64,000 nt of DNA from Bulleidia sp. (GCA_963613355.1 CAVDZA010000009.1:4115-68114), one strand, 5' to 3'. Counted from the stretch's first letter, positions 1 through 10,285 are shown. Notes: generated by a model from the letters alone, not told the origin. Numbers and translations are program-made.

Positions 1-580
1 CTGGCTTCATGTATCTTGGCTCATTCAATTCAGATAAGCAAGTAATTAAAGCAGGTAATTGTGCCTTGACCATCATATAACCGTCATCGAAAATTCTCTT
101 AACTTCAACAGTCTTATTAGCAATATCACAATTTACTTCTTTTGCGTAAGCAATTGTAGGAATACCTAAGTGTTCAGCAATCTGTGGTCCTACCTGAGCA
201 GTATCACCATCGATAGCCTGACGACCTGTAATAATGAGGTCATATTCCATATTCTTTAAAGCACCAGCAATTGTGGAAGATGTAGCCCAAGTATCAGCAC
301 CACCTAATACACGGTCAGTAACTAATAGCGCATCATCAGCACCCATTGCGATACCTTCTAATAATGTATCTTCAGCCTTTGGAAGACCCATTGTTAATAA
401 TGTAACCTTGACGTTTTCAGGATCTGTATCCTTGATACGAAGAGCTGCTTCTAGACCAGCCTTGTCATCAGGGTTCATGATAGAAAGCATTGCGCCTCTA
501 TCCAGTGTTCCATCAGCCTTGAACTTAACTCCACCAGCTGTATCAGGAACCTGTTTTACACAAACTACGATTTTAAACAT
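1..580 (-). CDS. etfB: Electron transfer flavoprotein beta subunit (3' end runs off the left edge)
   Basis: Not in the ORF track. Manual translation from ATG at 580 gives MFKIVVCVKQVPDTAGGVKFKADGTLDRGAMLSIMNPDDKAGLEAALRIKD and later GRQAIDGDTAQVGPQIAE, both EtfB signatures. It lies directly downstream of bcd. Confidence 0.95.
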   Translation of the reverse strand, partial: MFKIVVCVKQVPDTAGGVKFKADGTLDRGAMLSIMNPDDKAGLEAALRIKDTDPENVKVTLLTMGLPKAEDTLLEGIAMGADDALLVTDRVLGGADTWATSSTIAGALKNMEYDLIITGRQAIDGDTAQVGPQIAEHLGIPTIAYAKEVNCDIANKTVEVKRIFDDGYMMVKAQLPALITCLSELNEPRYMKP

Positions 581-598
581 GTTTGAATTCCCTTTCTA

Positions 599-1756
599 TT
601 ACTTTAGAAGATCTCCGGAGATTACCATTCTCTGAACTTCAGAAGTACCTTCGTAGATCTCAGTGATCTTAGCATCTCTCATCATTCTTTCAACTTCATA
701 TTCTCTGATATAACCATAACCACCAAGTAACTGTACGCACTTTGTTGTTACGTCCATAGCAGTTTCTGCAGCGAATAATTTAGCTTGAGCAGCTTCTACA
801 GAGAAACGATCTTTTGTTCTCTTAGCTTCAGCAGCTCTATAAACTAATAACTTAGCAGCTTCAACTTCAGTAGCTAAATTAGCCAACTGGAATTGAGTGT
901 TCTGGAAAGCAGAAATTGAACGACCAAACTGCTTTCTTTCCTTAACATAAGCAATTGTTCTATCTAAAGCACCTTCAGCTAGACCTAAAGCTTGTGCTGC
1001 GATACCAATACGTCCACCATCAAGTGTACCCATAGCGATTGGGAATCCCTTACCACGAGGACCTAATTGATTTTCTACTGGGATATGGCAATCCTGGAAG
1101 ATAAGTTCATAAGTAGCAGAACCTCTGATACCCATCTTATGTTCCTTTGTACCAAATGTGAAACCTTCAGTACCTTTTTCAACAATGAAAGCAGTAAACT
1201 TCTTCTGGTTTCCTCTCTTTGTTTCAACGATATCAGTATAAGCAATGATGATATAAACATCAGCTTCTTTACCATTTGTAATAAAGCACTTTGAACCATT
1301 TAAGATCCATTCTTTACCATCTTCACTTAATACAGCCTTAGTCTGTACACCTTGAGCATCTGTACCAGCACCTGGTTCTGTTAAACCAAAAGCACCTAAC
1401 TTTTCACCCTTAGCTAATGGAACTAAATACTTTTGTTTTTGTTCTTCAGAACCATAATGTAAGATTGGGTCACAGCATAATGAACTGTGAGCAGAAACAA
1501 CAACAGATGTTGTACCACAAACTTTAGCAAGTTCTTCAACACACATAACGTATGTTAATGGGTCGCATCCTTGGCCTCCATACTGTTCAGGAATCGCAAT
1601 TCCTAGGAAACCATTCTTTGCCATCTTTTCAACTGTAACTCTTGGGAACTCTTCAGTTTCATCAGTTTCAATTGCTAGAGGCTTAACTTCATTTTCGGCA
1701 AATTCCTTGAATAAGGACTGAGCCATTGTATGCTTTTTATCAAGCTGGAAATCCAT
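599..1756 (-). CDS. bcd: Butyryl-CoA dehydrogenase (Bcd/EtfAB electron-bifurcating type)
   Basis: Acyl-CoA dehydrogenase motifs GAFGLTEPGAGTDA, KMGIRGS and IYEGTSEVQR; located between hbd and etfB; GGAGG RBS. Confidence 0.95.
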   Translation of the reverse strand: MDFQLDKKHTMAQSLFKEFAENEVKPLAIETDETEEFPRVTVEKMAKNGFLGIAIPEQYGGQGCDPLTYVMCVEELAKVCGTTSVVVSAHSSLCCDPILHYGSEEQKQKYLVPLAKGEKLGAFGLTEPGAGTDAQGVQTKAVLSEDGKEWILNGSKCFITNGKEADVYIIIAYTDIVETKRGNQKKFTAFIVEKGTEGFTFGTKEHKMGIRGSATYELIFQDCHIPVENQLGPRGKGFPIAMGTLDGGRIGIAAQALGLAEGALDRTIAYVKERKQFGRSISAFQNTQFQLANLATEVEAAKLLVYRAAEAKRTKDRFSVEAAQAKLFAAETAMDVTTKCVQLLGGYGYIREYEVERMMRDAKITEIYEGTSEVQRMVISGDLLK

Positions 1757-1788
1757 TATTTTTTTCCTCCAAATTTCCTTCTATTGCA

Positions 1789-1813
1789 ACTAGGATGAAA
1801 GAATCATCCTAGT
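1789..1813. other. Intra-operon stem-loop without a U-tract (possible mRNA processing or stability element)
   Basis: Perfect 10-bp inverted repeat ACTAGGATGA-aagaa-TCATCCTAGT between hbd and bcd; no poly-U follows on the minus (sense) strand. Confidence 0.55.
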
Positions 1814-1825
1814 AACAAACAAATC

Positions 1826-2704
1826 TTATTTCTTATCAATTGGTGTCTTTGTACGATCAGCGTTATAAATGTAGAAACCTCTACCTGTCTTAACACCTAA
1901 ATGACCAGCACGAACCATCTTTCTTAATGTTGTACAAGCTCTGTACTTAGGATCTTTTGTTTCGTTATAAATAACATCCATAATAGCTAATACGATATCA
2001 AGACCAACATAGTCACCTAATTCTAGAGGTCCCATTGGATGGTTAGCACCTAACTTCATAGCTGTATCGATACCTTCGATATCAGAGATACCTTCTTGGT
2101 AAACGAAGATACCTTCATTGATTAATGGAATCAAGATTCTATTAACAACAAATCCTGGAGCTTCATTTACTTCAACAGGTGTCTTACCTAATTTAACAGA
2201 AATTTCCTTAACTGTTTCAACATCTTCATCAGGAGTATTTGCACCCTTGATAACTTCAATTAACTTCATAACTGGAGCTGGGTTGAAGAAATGCATACCG
2301 ATAACTGGCTTCTTTAGTCCTGCACCAATTTCAGTTACAGAAAGAGAAGAAGTATTAGTTGCGAAAATGCAATTTTCATTCTTAACGATATTTTCCTGTA
2401 GATCTTTGAAAGTGGATTTTTTGATATCCATGACTTCTAATGCTGCTTCAACAACAAGATCTGGATCAACAGCCTGAGAATTTAGACCTGTAACGATCTT
2501 GTCTAATAGTGCATCTTCATCAGCCTGTTCCATCTTTCCTTTAGCAACTCTCTTATCAAGAGCCTTCTTGATGTTTGCCTTACCACCATCAGCAAATTCT
2601 TGCTTGATGTCACATAGGTAAACTTTTTCAACATCAGCACATTGTGCAAATGTCTGTGCAATGCCACGGCCCATTGTGCCGGCGCCAATAACTGCTACTT
2701 TCAT
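1826..2704 (-). CDS. hbd: 3-hydroxybutyryl-CoA dehydrogenase
   Basis: GAGTMG Rossmann motif, TNTSSLS, GMHFFNP, PGFVVNR, HPMGPL. Confidence 0.96.
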   Translation of the reverse strand: MKVAVIGAGTMGRGIAQTFAQCADVEKVYLCDIKQEFADGGKANIKKALDKRVAKGKMEQADEDALLDKIVTGLNSQAVDPDLVVEAALEVMDIKKSTFKDLQENIVKNENCIFATNTSSLSVTEIGAGLKKPVIGMHFFNPAPVMKLIEVIKGANTPDEDVETVKEISVKLGKTPVEVNEAPGFVVNRILIPLINEGIFVYQEGISDIEGIDTAMKLGANHPMGPLELGDYVGLDIVLAIMDVIYNETKDPKYRACTTLRKMVRAGHLGVKTGRGFYIYNADRTKTPIDKK

Positions 2705-2718
2705 TTTAAAATCTCCTT

Positions 2719-3513
2719 TTATTTATTCTGAAAAGCTACATGCTTAACTTTAGCTGGATCATCCTTCTTACGTAAGAAGTTAGCCATACCTTCTTTTTGA
2801 TCATAAGATTCAAAACAATCACCAAATAGTTTTTCTTCAACAACGATTGCTTCATCCATGTTGACTTGTAAACCATCATTGACTGCTTTCTTGCAATTTC
2901 TAACAGCAATAGGTGCATTTGCAGCAATCGTAGAAGCAAGTTTCAAACATGTTGGAAGTAATTCTTCTTGTGTTGTTACTTGATTTACTAGACCAATTCT
3001 ATAAGCTTCATCAGCTTTGATGTTTCTAGCAGTATAGATCAACTGTTTTGCATAACCTGGTGATACCAAACGTGCTAATCTTTGTGTTCCACCAAATCCA
3101 GGTGTAATTCCTAGACCAACTTCAGGTTGACCAAATACAGCATTATCAGAACAAATTCTGATATCGCAACTCATAGCGATTTCATTACCGCCACCTAATG
3201 CAAAACCATTAATAGCTGCAATGACTGGTAATGGGAATGTTTCGATCTTTCTAAAGAGATCATTACCCTTCTTACCAAAAGCTTCACCTTCAGCCTTTGT
3301 CAATGTGCTCATTTCTCCAATATCAGCACCAGCAACAAAACTCTTATCACCAGCACCTGTAAGAACTAAGCAACGAACTTCATTTTGATCAACACTGTCA
3401 AATACAGTATTGAGATCATCTAATACTTCACTATTTAAAGCATTTAATGCTTTAGGTCTGTTGATCGTAATGACACCAACTTGACCATTTACTTCATAAT
3501 CTACAAAACTCAT
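2719..3513 (-). CDS. crt: Crotonase (enoyl-CoA hydratase)
   Basis: NRPKALNALN, FVAGADI, AINGFALGGGNE, QPEVGLGITPGFGGTQRL. Confidence 0.96.
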   Translation of the reverse strand: MSFVDYEVNGQVGVITINRPKALNALNSEVLDDLNTVFDSVDQNEVRCLVLTGAGDKSFVAGADIGEMSTLTKAEGEAFGKKGNDLFRKIETFPLPVIAAINGFALGGGNEIAMSCDIRICSDNAVFGQPEVGLGITPGFGGTQRLARLVSPGYAKQLIYTARNIKADEAYRIGLVNQVTTQEELLPTCLKLASTIAANAPIAVRNCKKAVNDGLQVNMDEAIVVEEKLFGDCFESYDQKEGMANFLRKKDDPAKVKHVAFQNK

Positions 3514-3516
3514 GTG

Positions 3517-4716
3517 TTAGTCTCTTTCTACAACAGTAGCACATCCCATGCCACCACCGATACATAATGTAGCTAAACCTCTCTTAGCATCTCTTTGTTG
3601 CATTGCATAAAGTAATGTAACAAGGATTCTAGCACCAGAAGCTCCAACTGGGTGACCTAAAGCGATAGCACCACCATTAACGTTTAACTTAGAAAGATCA
3701 AAGTTTAGATCCTTACCAACAGCTACAGATTGAGCAGCGAAAGCTTCATTTGCTTCATATAGATCAAAGTCTTCGATCTTAAGACCTGTCTTAGCCATTA
3801 CCTTATTAGTTGCAGCTACTGGACCAACGCCCATGATAGATGGATCAACACCACCTAATGCACCAGCTACCCAAGTAGCTAATGGCTTAACGCCTAATTC
3901 CTTAGCTTTTTCTTCACTCATGATAACTAATGCTGCAGCACCATCATTGATACCAGAAGCATTACCAGCAGTAACGACACCACCTTCAACACCAGAACAG
4001 CACTTTAGTTTTGCAAGTACTTCAGGAGTCTGACCATCACGTGGACCTTCATCAGTATCTACAACAACGATACCCTTCTTCTTACCCATGTTAACTTCTA
4101 CAGGAACGATTTCATCTTTGAATAGACCGTTGTCTCTAGCAGTACATGCCTTATTTTGAGAATTAGCTGCAAACTCATCTAATTCTTCTCTTGTTAAATG
4201 CCATTGTTCAGCTACATTTTCAGCTGTAACCATCATATGGTAATCATTGAATGCATCCCAAAGAGCATCATGAACCATTGCATCTACTAAACCATCCTTT
4301 GGTGTGTTCATTCTGTAACCAAATCTTGCGTGTGGTAATACATATGGAGCTAAGCTCATGTTTTCCATACCACCAGCTACAACGATATCAGCATCACCAG
4401 CAATGATCATATCAGCTGCCATATTAACACAGTTCAAACCAGAACCACATACGACGTTAACTGAAACTGCAGGTGTTGTTACAGGTAGACCAGCCTTTAA
4501 AGAAGCTTGTCTAGCTGGGTTTTGTCCTAAACCAGCTTGAATAACGTTACCCATGTATACATGATCAACATCTTCTGGTTTTAGACCAGCTCTTTTTACT
4601 GCTTCCTTAATAACAGTTGCTCCAAGCTCTACAGCTGGAACTGTGCTAAGTGCACCACCCATTTTACCGATAGCTGTACGGCAAGCACTTGCGATTACTA
4701 CTTTCTTATTAGCCAT
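3517..4716 (-). CDS. thlA: Acetyl-CoA acetyltransferase (thiolase)
   Basis: [21 protein letters not shown] and LCIGGGMG motifs. Start moved to ATG 4716 (MANKKVV), which follows an AGGAGG RBS. Confidence 0.96.
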   Translation of the reverse strand: MANKKVVIASACRTAIGKMGGALSTVPAVELGATVIKEAVKRAGLKPEDVDHVYMGNVIQAGLGQNPARQASLKAGLPVTTPAVSVNVVCGSGLNCVNMAADMIIAGDADIVVAGGMENMSLAPYVLPHARFGYRMNTPKDGLVDAMVHDALWDAFNDYHMMVTAENVAEQWHLTREELDEFAANSQNKACTARDNGLFKDEIVPVEVNMGKKKGIVVVDTDEGPRDGQTPEVLAKLKCCSGVEGGVVTAGNASGINDGAAALVIMSEEKAKELGVKPLATWVAGALGGVDPSIMGVGPVAATNKVMAKTGLKIEDFDLYEANEAFAAQSVAVGKDLNFDLSKLNVNGGAIALGHPVGASGARILVTLLYAMQQRDAKRGLATLCIGGGMGCATVVERD

Positions 4717-4744
4717 TTTTATATTCCTCCTATTTTTAAATGGT

Positions 4745-5836
4745 TTATTCTGCTTCGTATTCTTTGGCTTCTTCTTCGCCATTTAATACTCTTAATGCAC
4801 CTTGTGCAAGAGCAATCATTTCTCTTTCACCAGGAATTGATACAACTGGTGCGATCCAATCTGTATAAGAAGCGATTGCATCTGTAACATCTTTACCATA
4901 TGCAATACCACCTGTTAATAAGATTGCATCTACTTTACCCTTCATAACAACTGAAAGAGAACCAATATCTTTTGCGTGTTGGTAAATAAATGCTTCTTTC
5001 ACAAGTTTTGCATTCTCATCACCATTTTCAATCATCTTATTGACTTCACGCATATCAGCAGTACCTAAGTATGCAGCAATACCTGCATCTCCTACTGCTC
5101 TTTTCATCATATCGTCTACTGTAGCGTATTTACCTGAATAGCATAAACGAATCAAATCACCAACAGGAACAGCACCAGAACGAGTTGGAGCGAATGCACC
5201 ATCGCCATCAAGACCATTGAACATATCAATCATCTTTCCATGGCTTAATGCACCTGTTGTACATCCTCCACCCATATGAGCTACGACAAGGTTAAGATCT
5301 TCCATCTTCTTACCAATGCTCTTAGCGTATTCACGAGCTACTGCTCTCATATTTAATGCGTGGATCTTAGATACTCTCTTGATTTCAGGCATACCTGATA
5401 AGCGAGCTACATCTTGTAATTCATCAACTGCTGTTGGATCTACAATATAACTAGGACAACCAACTTGTTCACCAATCTTACGAGCAAGTAGACCACCTAA
5501 GTTAGCAGCGTGATCACCATTTAACGCAATCTCTAAGTCATGTTTGATCGCATCATTGACTGTATAAGTACCAGCTGTAATTGGATGAAGATATCCACCT
5601 CTACCAACACAAGCATCTAAAGACTTAATATCAAAATTGATGGAATCTAAATAATTCATGATAACTTCATATCTGAAGTCTAATTGAGAGAATGTTGTTG
5701 GAAATTTATTCATCTCACTAACAGGATGATTTAAACCTGTTTCATTAACCAGAGTCTCATCATCAAAGATGGCAATCTTTGTGGATGTAGAACCTGGATT
5801 GATTGCTAGAATTTTCTTACCCATTTTCTTAACCAT
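4745..5836 (-). CDS. buk: Butyrate kinase
   Basis: [30 protein letters not shown] and TGGIAY motifs. An alternative start is 5824 (MGKKIL). Confidence 0.95.
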   Translation of the reverse strand: MVKKMGKKILAINPGSTSTKIAIFDDETLVNETGLNHPVSEMNKFPTTFSQLDFRYEVIMNYLDSINFDIKSLDACVGRGGYLHPITAGTYTVNDAIKHDLEIALNGDHAANLGGLLARKIGEQVGCPSYIVDPTAVDELQDVARLSGMPEIKRVSKIHALNMRAVAREYAKSIGKKMEDLNLVVAHMGGGCTTGALSHGKMIDMFNGLDGDGAFAPTRSGAVPVGDLIRLCYSGKYATVDDMMKRAVGDAGIAAYLGTADMREVNKMIENGDENAKLVKEAFIYQHAKDIGSLSVVMKGKVDAILLTGGIAYGKDVTDAIASYTDWIAPVVSIPGEREMIALAQGALRVLNGEEEAKEYEAE

Positions 5837-6755
5837 TCACTTTCTTCATATGATCACTTAATACTGCAGCTAAGGCAATAGAATTGATCTTTACCTGTTT
5901 AGAATCACTTCTAGAAGTGAGGATAACAGGAGCAGTTGTACCAGTTAAGATACATCCGATTTGAACATTTGGAACTAAATGATCAATTGCTTTATATGTG
6001 ATATTACCAGCATGAATATCTGGGAATAAAAGAATATCTGCACATCCAGCACATGGTCTGTTTTCAGCACCCTTTTCCTTTGCAGCTTCAATATCTAATG
6101 CGATATCTAATGACAATGGTCCATCAACGATACAATCTTTGATTTCTCCAGCTTCATTTGCCTTACGTAATTCATCCGCATCTACAGTATTCTGCATTTT
6201 TGGATTCACAACTTCTACAGCAGCTAATGGAGCTACTTTTGGTGTTTCTACTCCGCAAGCTCTAGCTACATCTACTGCGTAATTAACGATTTGCTTCTTA
6301 GCTTCTAAATCAGGATAAGGTAAGAACGCAACATCTGTTAAAAATAATAATCTATCAATTGTAGGAACTTTAAATACGGCAACATGTGATAATGTTTTAC
6401 CAGTTCTTAAACCAACTTCTTTATTTAAAACACTCTTTAAAAAAGTCGCTGTAGGAACGATTCCTTTCATGTACATATCAGCTTCACCATCATGTACAAA
6501 TTTAACAGCAGCTAAAGTAGCTTCTGTAACGTCAGGAACGTTCACGATCTTATATTCATCGAGATTCATTCCAATTTCATCTGCAATTTCCTTGATCTTT
6601 TGTTCATCACCAACCAAAATTGCATCAACGATACCATCTTTGTGAGCTTCATCAACAGCTTCTAATACCGCATGATCTTGTGCGTTTGCGACGGATAAGA
6701 TCTTTTTCTTACCATCTTTTGCCTTCGCAATTAAATCACTGAAATCTTTACTCAT
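5829..6755 (-). CDS. ptb: Phosphate butyryltransferase
   Basis: MKGIVPT, LAAVEVVNPKM, VDGPLSLD, AGNITYK and ILTSRSD motifs; adjacent to buk. Confidence 0.93.
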   Translation of the reverse strand: MSKDFSDLIAKAKDGKKKILSVANAQDHAVLEAVDEAHKDGIVDAILVGDEQKIKEIADEIGMNLDEYKIVNVPDVTEATLAAVKFVHDGEADMYMKGIVPTATFLKSVLNKEVGLRTGKTLSHVAVFKVPTIDRLLFLTDVAFLPYPDLEAKKQIVNYAVDVARACGVETPKVAPLAAVEVVNPKMQNTVDADELRKANEAGEIKDCIVDGPLSLDIALDIEAAKEKGAENRPCAGCADILLFPDIHAGNITYKAIDHLVPNVQIGCILTGTTAPVILTSRSDSKQVKINSIALAAVLSDHMKKVNG

Positions 6756-6786
6756 ATTTCTTTGTAAAACTCCTTTACCATGAAAT

Positions 6787-6804
6787 ATGTTAAACTATTC
6801 ACAA
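6787..6804. promoter_or_regulatory. Rex-like operator 1 upstream of ptb
   Basis: Reverse complement TTGTGAA-TAGT-TTAACAT against the Rex consensus TTGT(G/T)AA-N4-TT(C/A)ACAA; one mismatch. Confidence 0.75.
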
Positions 6805-6832
6805 TCATAATTCAATGATTTAAATGAATTAT

Positions 6833-6850
6833 TTGTGAAAATTTTAACAC
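6833..6850. promoter_or_regulatory. Rex-like operator 2 upstream of ptb
   Basis: TTGTGAA-AATT-TTAACAC, one mismatch to the Rex consensus; a further TTGTGAA half-site follows at 6852. Confidence 0.75.
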
Positions 6851-6879
6851 TTTGTGAAACCCTATTAAACACGCACAAA

Positions 6880-6893
6880 TTTAAGCGCTTTCA
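6880..6893. promoter_or_regulatory. cre-like (CcpA/LacI-family) site between ptb and coaD
   Basis: Reverse complement TGAAAGCGCTTAAA against the cre consensus TGWAARCGYTWNCA; one mismatch. Confidence 0.55.
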
Positions 6894-6955
6894 TCTTATT
6901 TTTCTTTACAAATCTTTCATATCACTGTTACAGTAATTAAGCGAGGTAATAAAAA

Positions 6956-7438
6956 ATGAAAGCATGTTATCCAGGTACTTTTGACCCACTTACAATTGGT
7001 CATTTAGATATTATTGAAAGAGCAACAAACATATTTGATGAAGTAGTCGTTTTGATCAATCATAATCCACGTAAACAATGTCTATTTACGGAAGAAGAAA
7101 GAAAATCAATGATTGAGAAAAGTATAGCTACCCTACCTAACGCTTCTAAGATCACAGTTAAGATTGGAAAAGGATTAACTGTTAATATCACTGAACAGTT
7201 GGGCGCAAAAACAATGATCAGAGGCATTCGTGCAGTTACTGATTATGAATATGAATTAGCGACTGCGACTGCCAATATGAAGATCAATCCTAATGTAGAA
7301 ACATTCTTTCTCATTGCTAGACCAGAATATACATTCTTATCTTCTTCTACAGTGAAAGAAATTGCCATGAATGATGGGGATATCACAGAATTTGTTCCAT
7401 CCCCTATTCTTCAGGATGTCATTGAAAGACTAAAATAA
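6956..7438 (+). CDS. coaD: Pantetheine-phosphate adenylyltransferase
   Basis: YPGTFDPLTIGH, RGIRAVTDYEYE, SSSTVKE. Confidence 0.96.
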   Translation: MKACYPGTFDPLTIGHLDIIERATNIFDEVVVLINHNPRKQCLFTEEERKSMIEKSIATLPNASKITVKIGKGLTVNITEQLGAKTMIRGIRAVTDYEYELATATANMKINPNVETFFLIARPEYTFLSSSTVKEIAMNDGDITEFVPSPILQDVIERLK

Positions 7439-7467
7439 AAAAATCATCTCTTATGAGATGATTTTTT
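7437..7467. terminator. Bidirectional intrinsic terminator between coaD and hup
   Basis: AAAAAAATCATCTC-ttat-GAGATGATTTTTT between convergent genes. Confidence 0.85.
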
Positions 7468-7469
7468 AC

Positions 7470-7751
7470 TTATCTAACAATATCCTTTAAAGACTTACTA
7501 GCCTTGAAACCTGGAACCTTTGTTGCAGGAATTTCGATAGGTTCTTTTGTCTGTGGATTGATACCAGTTCTTGGAGCTCTTTCTTTAACTTCGAACTTTC
7601 CAAATCCTGTAATATCAACTTTGTTACCTTCCTTTAATTCTTCTGTCATTGTAGTGAATAAAGTATCAATAACTTCTAATGCAAGTTTCTTTGTGATATC
7701 TAGTTCTTCAGCAACTTTATCAGCGAGTACTTTTTTATTTACGTTTTCCAT
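7470..7751 (-). CDS. hup: HU-family DNA-binding protein
   Basis: GFGKFEVKERAPRTGINPQT...PGFKASKSLKD. Start set at ATG 7751 after AGGAGG. Confidence 0.95.
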   Translation of the reverse strand: MENVNKKVLADKVAEELDITKKLALEVIDTLFTTMTEELKEGNKVDITGFGKFEVKERAPRTGINPQTKEPIEIPATKVPGFKASKSLKDIVR

Positions 7752-7825
7752 ATTTATACCTCCTATATGGTGCAATTATTCTACCATGTGAAATGATTTA
7801 TACAATACTTGACAATGAATATTTT

Positions 7826-8767
7826 TTAACTTCTAGATTCTAATAATTCCAGTACTGTCGCAAGATTTTCATGGTTTAAGTTTTTGACGCCTGCTGCACA
7901 TGCGTGACCTCCACCATGGAATCGTTCCGCAATATCATTGATCTTGGTTTGCTTTGCACGCAAAGAACCATCATATAATATTTCACCATCTACTGTCTTT
8001 TCAGTAAAAACGGCCCAAACATTGAAATCTTTAACGTTTCCAAGTTTTCCAACAAAGCTTCTAGCTTTAGATGCATCAAAGCCATAAGAACGATAATCAT
8101 TTTCAGGAATAATTACATACGCAAAGCTTTTATTTACGATCTTAGTATGTTCGATCATATATCCTGTAAAACGATAACCATTCATACTATTATCAAATAC
8201 ATCATGAGAAATACTAGAAAGATTGATTCCTTTAGAAGCTAGAATACCTCCTGCTTCTAATGTCTTTGATGTTGTATTACTTGTAGTATAGTTTAAAGAA
8301 TCTGTTAATAATCCACGATATAGATATTCTGCGGTCTTCTTAGAAAAGATCTTATCTTCATGTTCATGAAAGAAGAATGGAAGGATCTCACATACCGCAG
8401 CTGCAGTATCATCTATAAATAATAGATCACCAAAAGGTTCTTTGTTTGGATGATGATCGATCTTAATGACATATTTAGCCTTTAAAAATCTTTGATCATC
8501 AACACGTGGAGCGTTAGCACAATCCACAACGATAGCTAATGAATTTTCTATTGTTTTCTCATCAATAACATCATTCTCTGGCCATTCAGCTTGATCACAC
8601 ACTTGTTCTCCACAAACATAAACTTGTTTATCTGGATAGTTTTCTTTGATCCAATTTTGTAATCCAAATTGAGATCCACATGCATCGCAATCAGGATTTT
8701 CATGTCTAAAGATCGTTATGATCTTAAAAGATTCTATTGTTTCTAATAATCCATCAAAATTCATCAT
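7826..8767 (-). CDS. nrnA: DHH/DHHA1 bifunctional oligoribonuclease / pAp phosphatase
   Basis: HENPDCD, IDHH, GLLTD, SLR and GGGHACAAG motifs. Confidence 0.88.
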   Translation of the reverse strand: MMNFDGLLETIESFKIITIFRHENPDCDACGSQFGLQNWIKENYPDKQVYVCGEQVCDQAEWPENDVIDEKTIENSLAIVVDCANAPRVDDQRFLKAKYVIKIDHHPNKEPFGDLLFIDDTAAAVCEILPFFFHEHEDKIFSKKTAEYLYRGLLTDSLNYTTSNTTSKTLEAGGILASKGINLSSISHDVFDNSMNGYRFTGYMIEHTKIVNKSFAYVIIPENDYRSYGFDASKARSFVGKLGNVKDFNVWAVFTEKTVDGEILYDGSLRAKQTKINDIAERFHGGGHACAAGVKNLNHENLATVLELLESRS

Positions 8768-9963
8768 TAAAGTCCTAAAATACGAACAGTATCTCTAGCG
8801 ATGACTAATTCTTCATTTGTTGGACAAACAACTACTTCAACCTTAGAATCTTCTTTAGAAATCTTTAATTCATCACCATGACATCCAGCATTTGCTTCAT
8901 AATCAATGGATAGAGACATACATTCTTCCAAAGCTTTTAATACTTTTTCACGAATCAAAGAATCATTTTCACCAATTCCAGCAGTAAATGCGATAGCGTC
9001 AACATGACCTAATTGAGCGAAATATCCACCAACGACATTAACGATACGGTTGATATAAAGATTGATCGTACGAATAGCTCTTTCATCACCATTCTCATAA
9101 GCTGCTTCAATATCTCTACAATCAGAAGAAATACCAGAAACACCTAACATACCAGATTTCTTATTTAAGTAGTTATCCATATCCTTAGGAGTTACACCTA
9201 ACTTGTCTTCCATGTAGAATACAACTGTAGGATCGATGTCACCACATCTTGTACCCATCATGATTCCACCTAAAGGTGTAAGACCCATAGATGTGTTAAC
9301 GACTTTACCATTCTTGATAGCAGTGATAGAAGCACCATTACCTAAGTGGCAAGTGATCATATTCATAGAATCAACGTCCTTACCTAACATTTCAGCAGTT
9401 CTACGGTTTACATACCAATGAGATGTACCATGTGCACCATAGCTACGTACTTTATAATCTGTATACCATTCATATGGTACTGGGAATAAGTAAGATTCTT
9501 CACCCATTGTTTGATGGAAAGCTGTATCAAAAACGAATACATGCTTGATTTCTGGTAATGCTTTACATAAAGCTCTGTAACATACTAAATGAGCTGGATT
9601 ATGTAATGGCGCTAGATCACTTAGTTCTTCTACTTTATTAACAACGTCTTCTGTAACTTCAACGCTTTCTGAGAAGTAAGAACCACCTTGTACGATTCTA
9701 TGTCCTGCACCCTTGATTTCATCCAATGAAGAAACGATACCATTAGATACTAATTCTTCTAATAGAAGATCAACAGCTACTTGATGATCTTTAATAGGTA
9801 GTTCCTTTGTTTTCTTTTCACCATTTACTTTGATCGTAAATGCACCCATATCCTGACCAATTCTTTCAGCCTGGCCACTTGTTAATACAGTTTCACTTGG
9901 CATGTCATATAGTTGAAACTTTAAAGATGATGATCCTGAATTCACTGCGATAACTTTACTCAT
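8767..9963 (-). CDS. ackA: Acetate kinase
   Basis: NSGSSSLKFQL, GHRIVQGG, APLHNP, FDTAFHQT, HLGNGAS and PTNEEL motifs. Start at ATG 9963 after GGAGG. Confidence 0.96.
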   Translation of the reverse strand: MSKVIAVNSGSSSLKFQLYDMPSETVLTSGQAERIGQDMGAFTIKVNGEKKTKELPIKDHQVAVDLLLEELVSNGIVSSLDEIKGAGHRIVQGGSYFSESVEVTEDVVNKVEELSDLAPLHNPAHLVCYRALCKALPEIKHVFVFDTAFHQTMGEESYLFPVPYEWYTDYKVRSYGAHGTSHWYVNRRTAEMLGKDVDSMNMITCHLGNGASITAIKNGKVVNTSMGLTPLGGIMMGTRCGDIDPTVVFYMEDKLGVTPKDMDNYLNKKSGMLGVSGISSDCRDIEAAYENGDERAIRTINLYINRIVNVVGGYFAQLGHVDAIAFTAGIGENDSLIREKVLKALEECMSLSIDYEANAGCHGDELKISKEDSKVEVVVCPTNEELVIARDTVRILGL

Positions 9964-10285
9964 AATTTCCTCCAATTTCGCTATTTTCTAATGCATCAAT
10001 ATAAGAAAGTATAGAAGGATCTTCTGTGCTTTCTCTTATTTTGTCGTAAATGCTTTGTCTCTTTTTAAAAGATTCATTACATTTTAAAATTGATTCATAA
10101 GTTTCTAATTCCTGTTTAACACGTTTAATGGTGTCATAAACTGCAGTTCTAGAAACTTTATTATTTTCTGCGATTTCTTGATACGAATAATCTTCCCTAA
10201 AATAATCATTACAGATCTTTTGTTGATTTTCCGTTAACAATCCACCGTAAAAATCTAATAATTCATTCACTAAAAACTTATCCAT
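9956..10285 (-). CDS. ylxM: YlxM/p13 SRP-associated HTH protein (UPF0122)
   Basis: LLDFYGGLLTENQ...DYSYQEIAE...VSRTAVYDTIKR...LETYE; directly after ftsY. Confidence 0.9.
   Translation of the reverse strand: MDKFLVNELLDFYGGLLTENQQKICNDYFREDYSYQEIAENNKVSRTAVYDTIKRVKQELETYESILKCNESFKKRQSIYDKIRESTEDPSILSYIDALENSEIGGNYE

Noticed and set aside
234..635. 133-aa plus-strand ORF
   Set aside because: It is the antisense shadow of etfB and the end of bcd, which have clear motifs on the minus strand.
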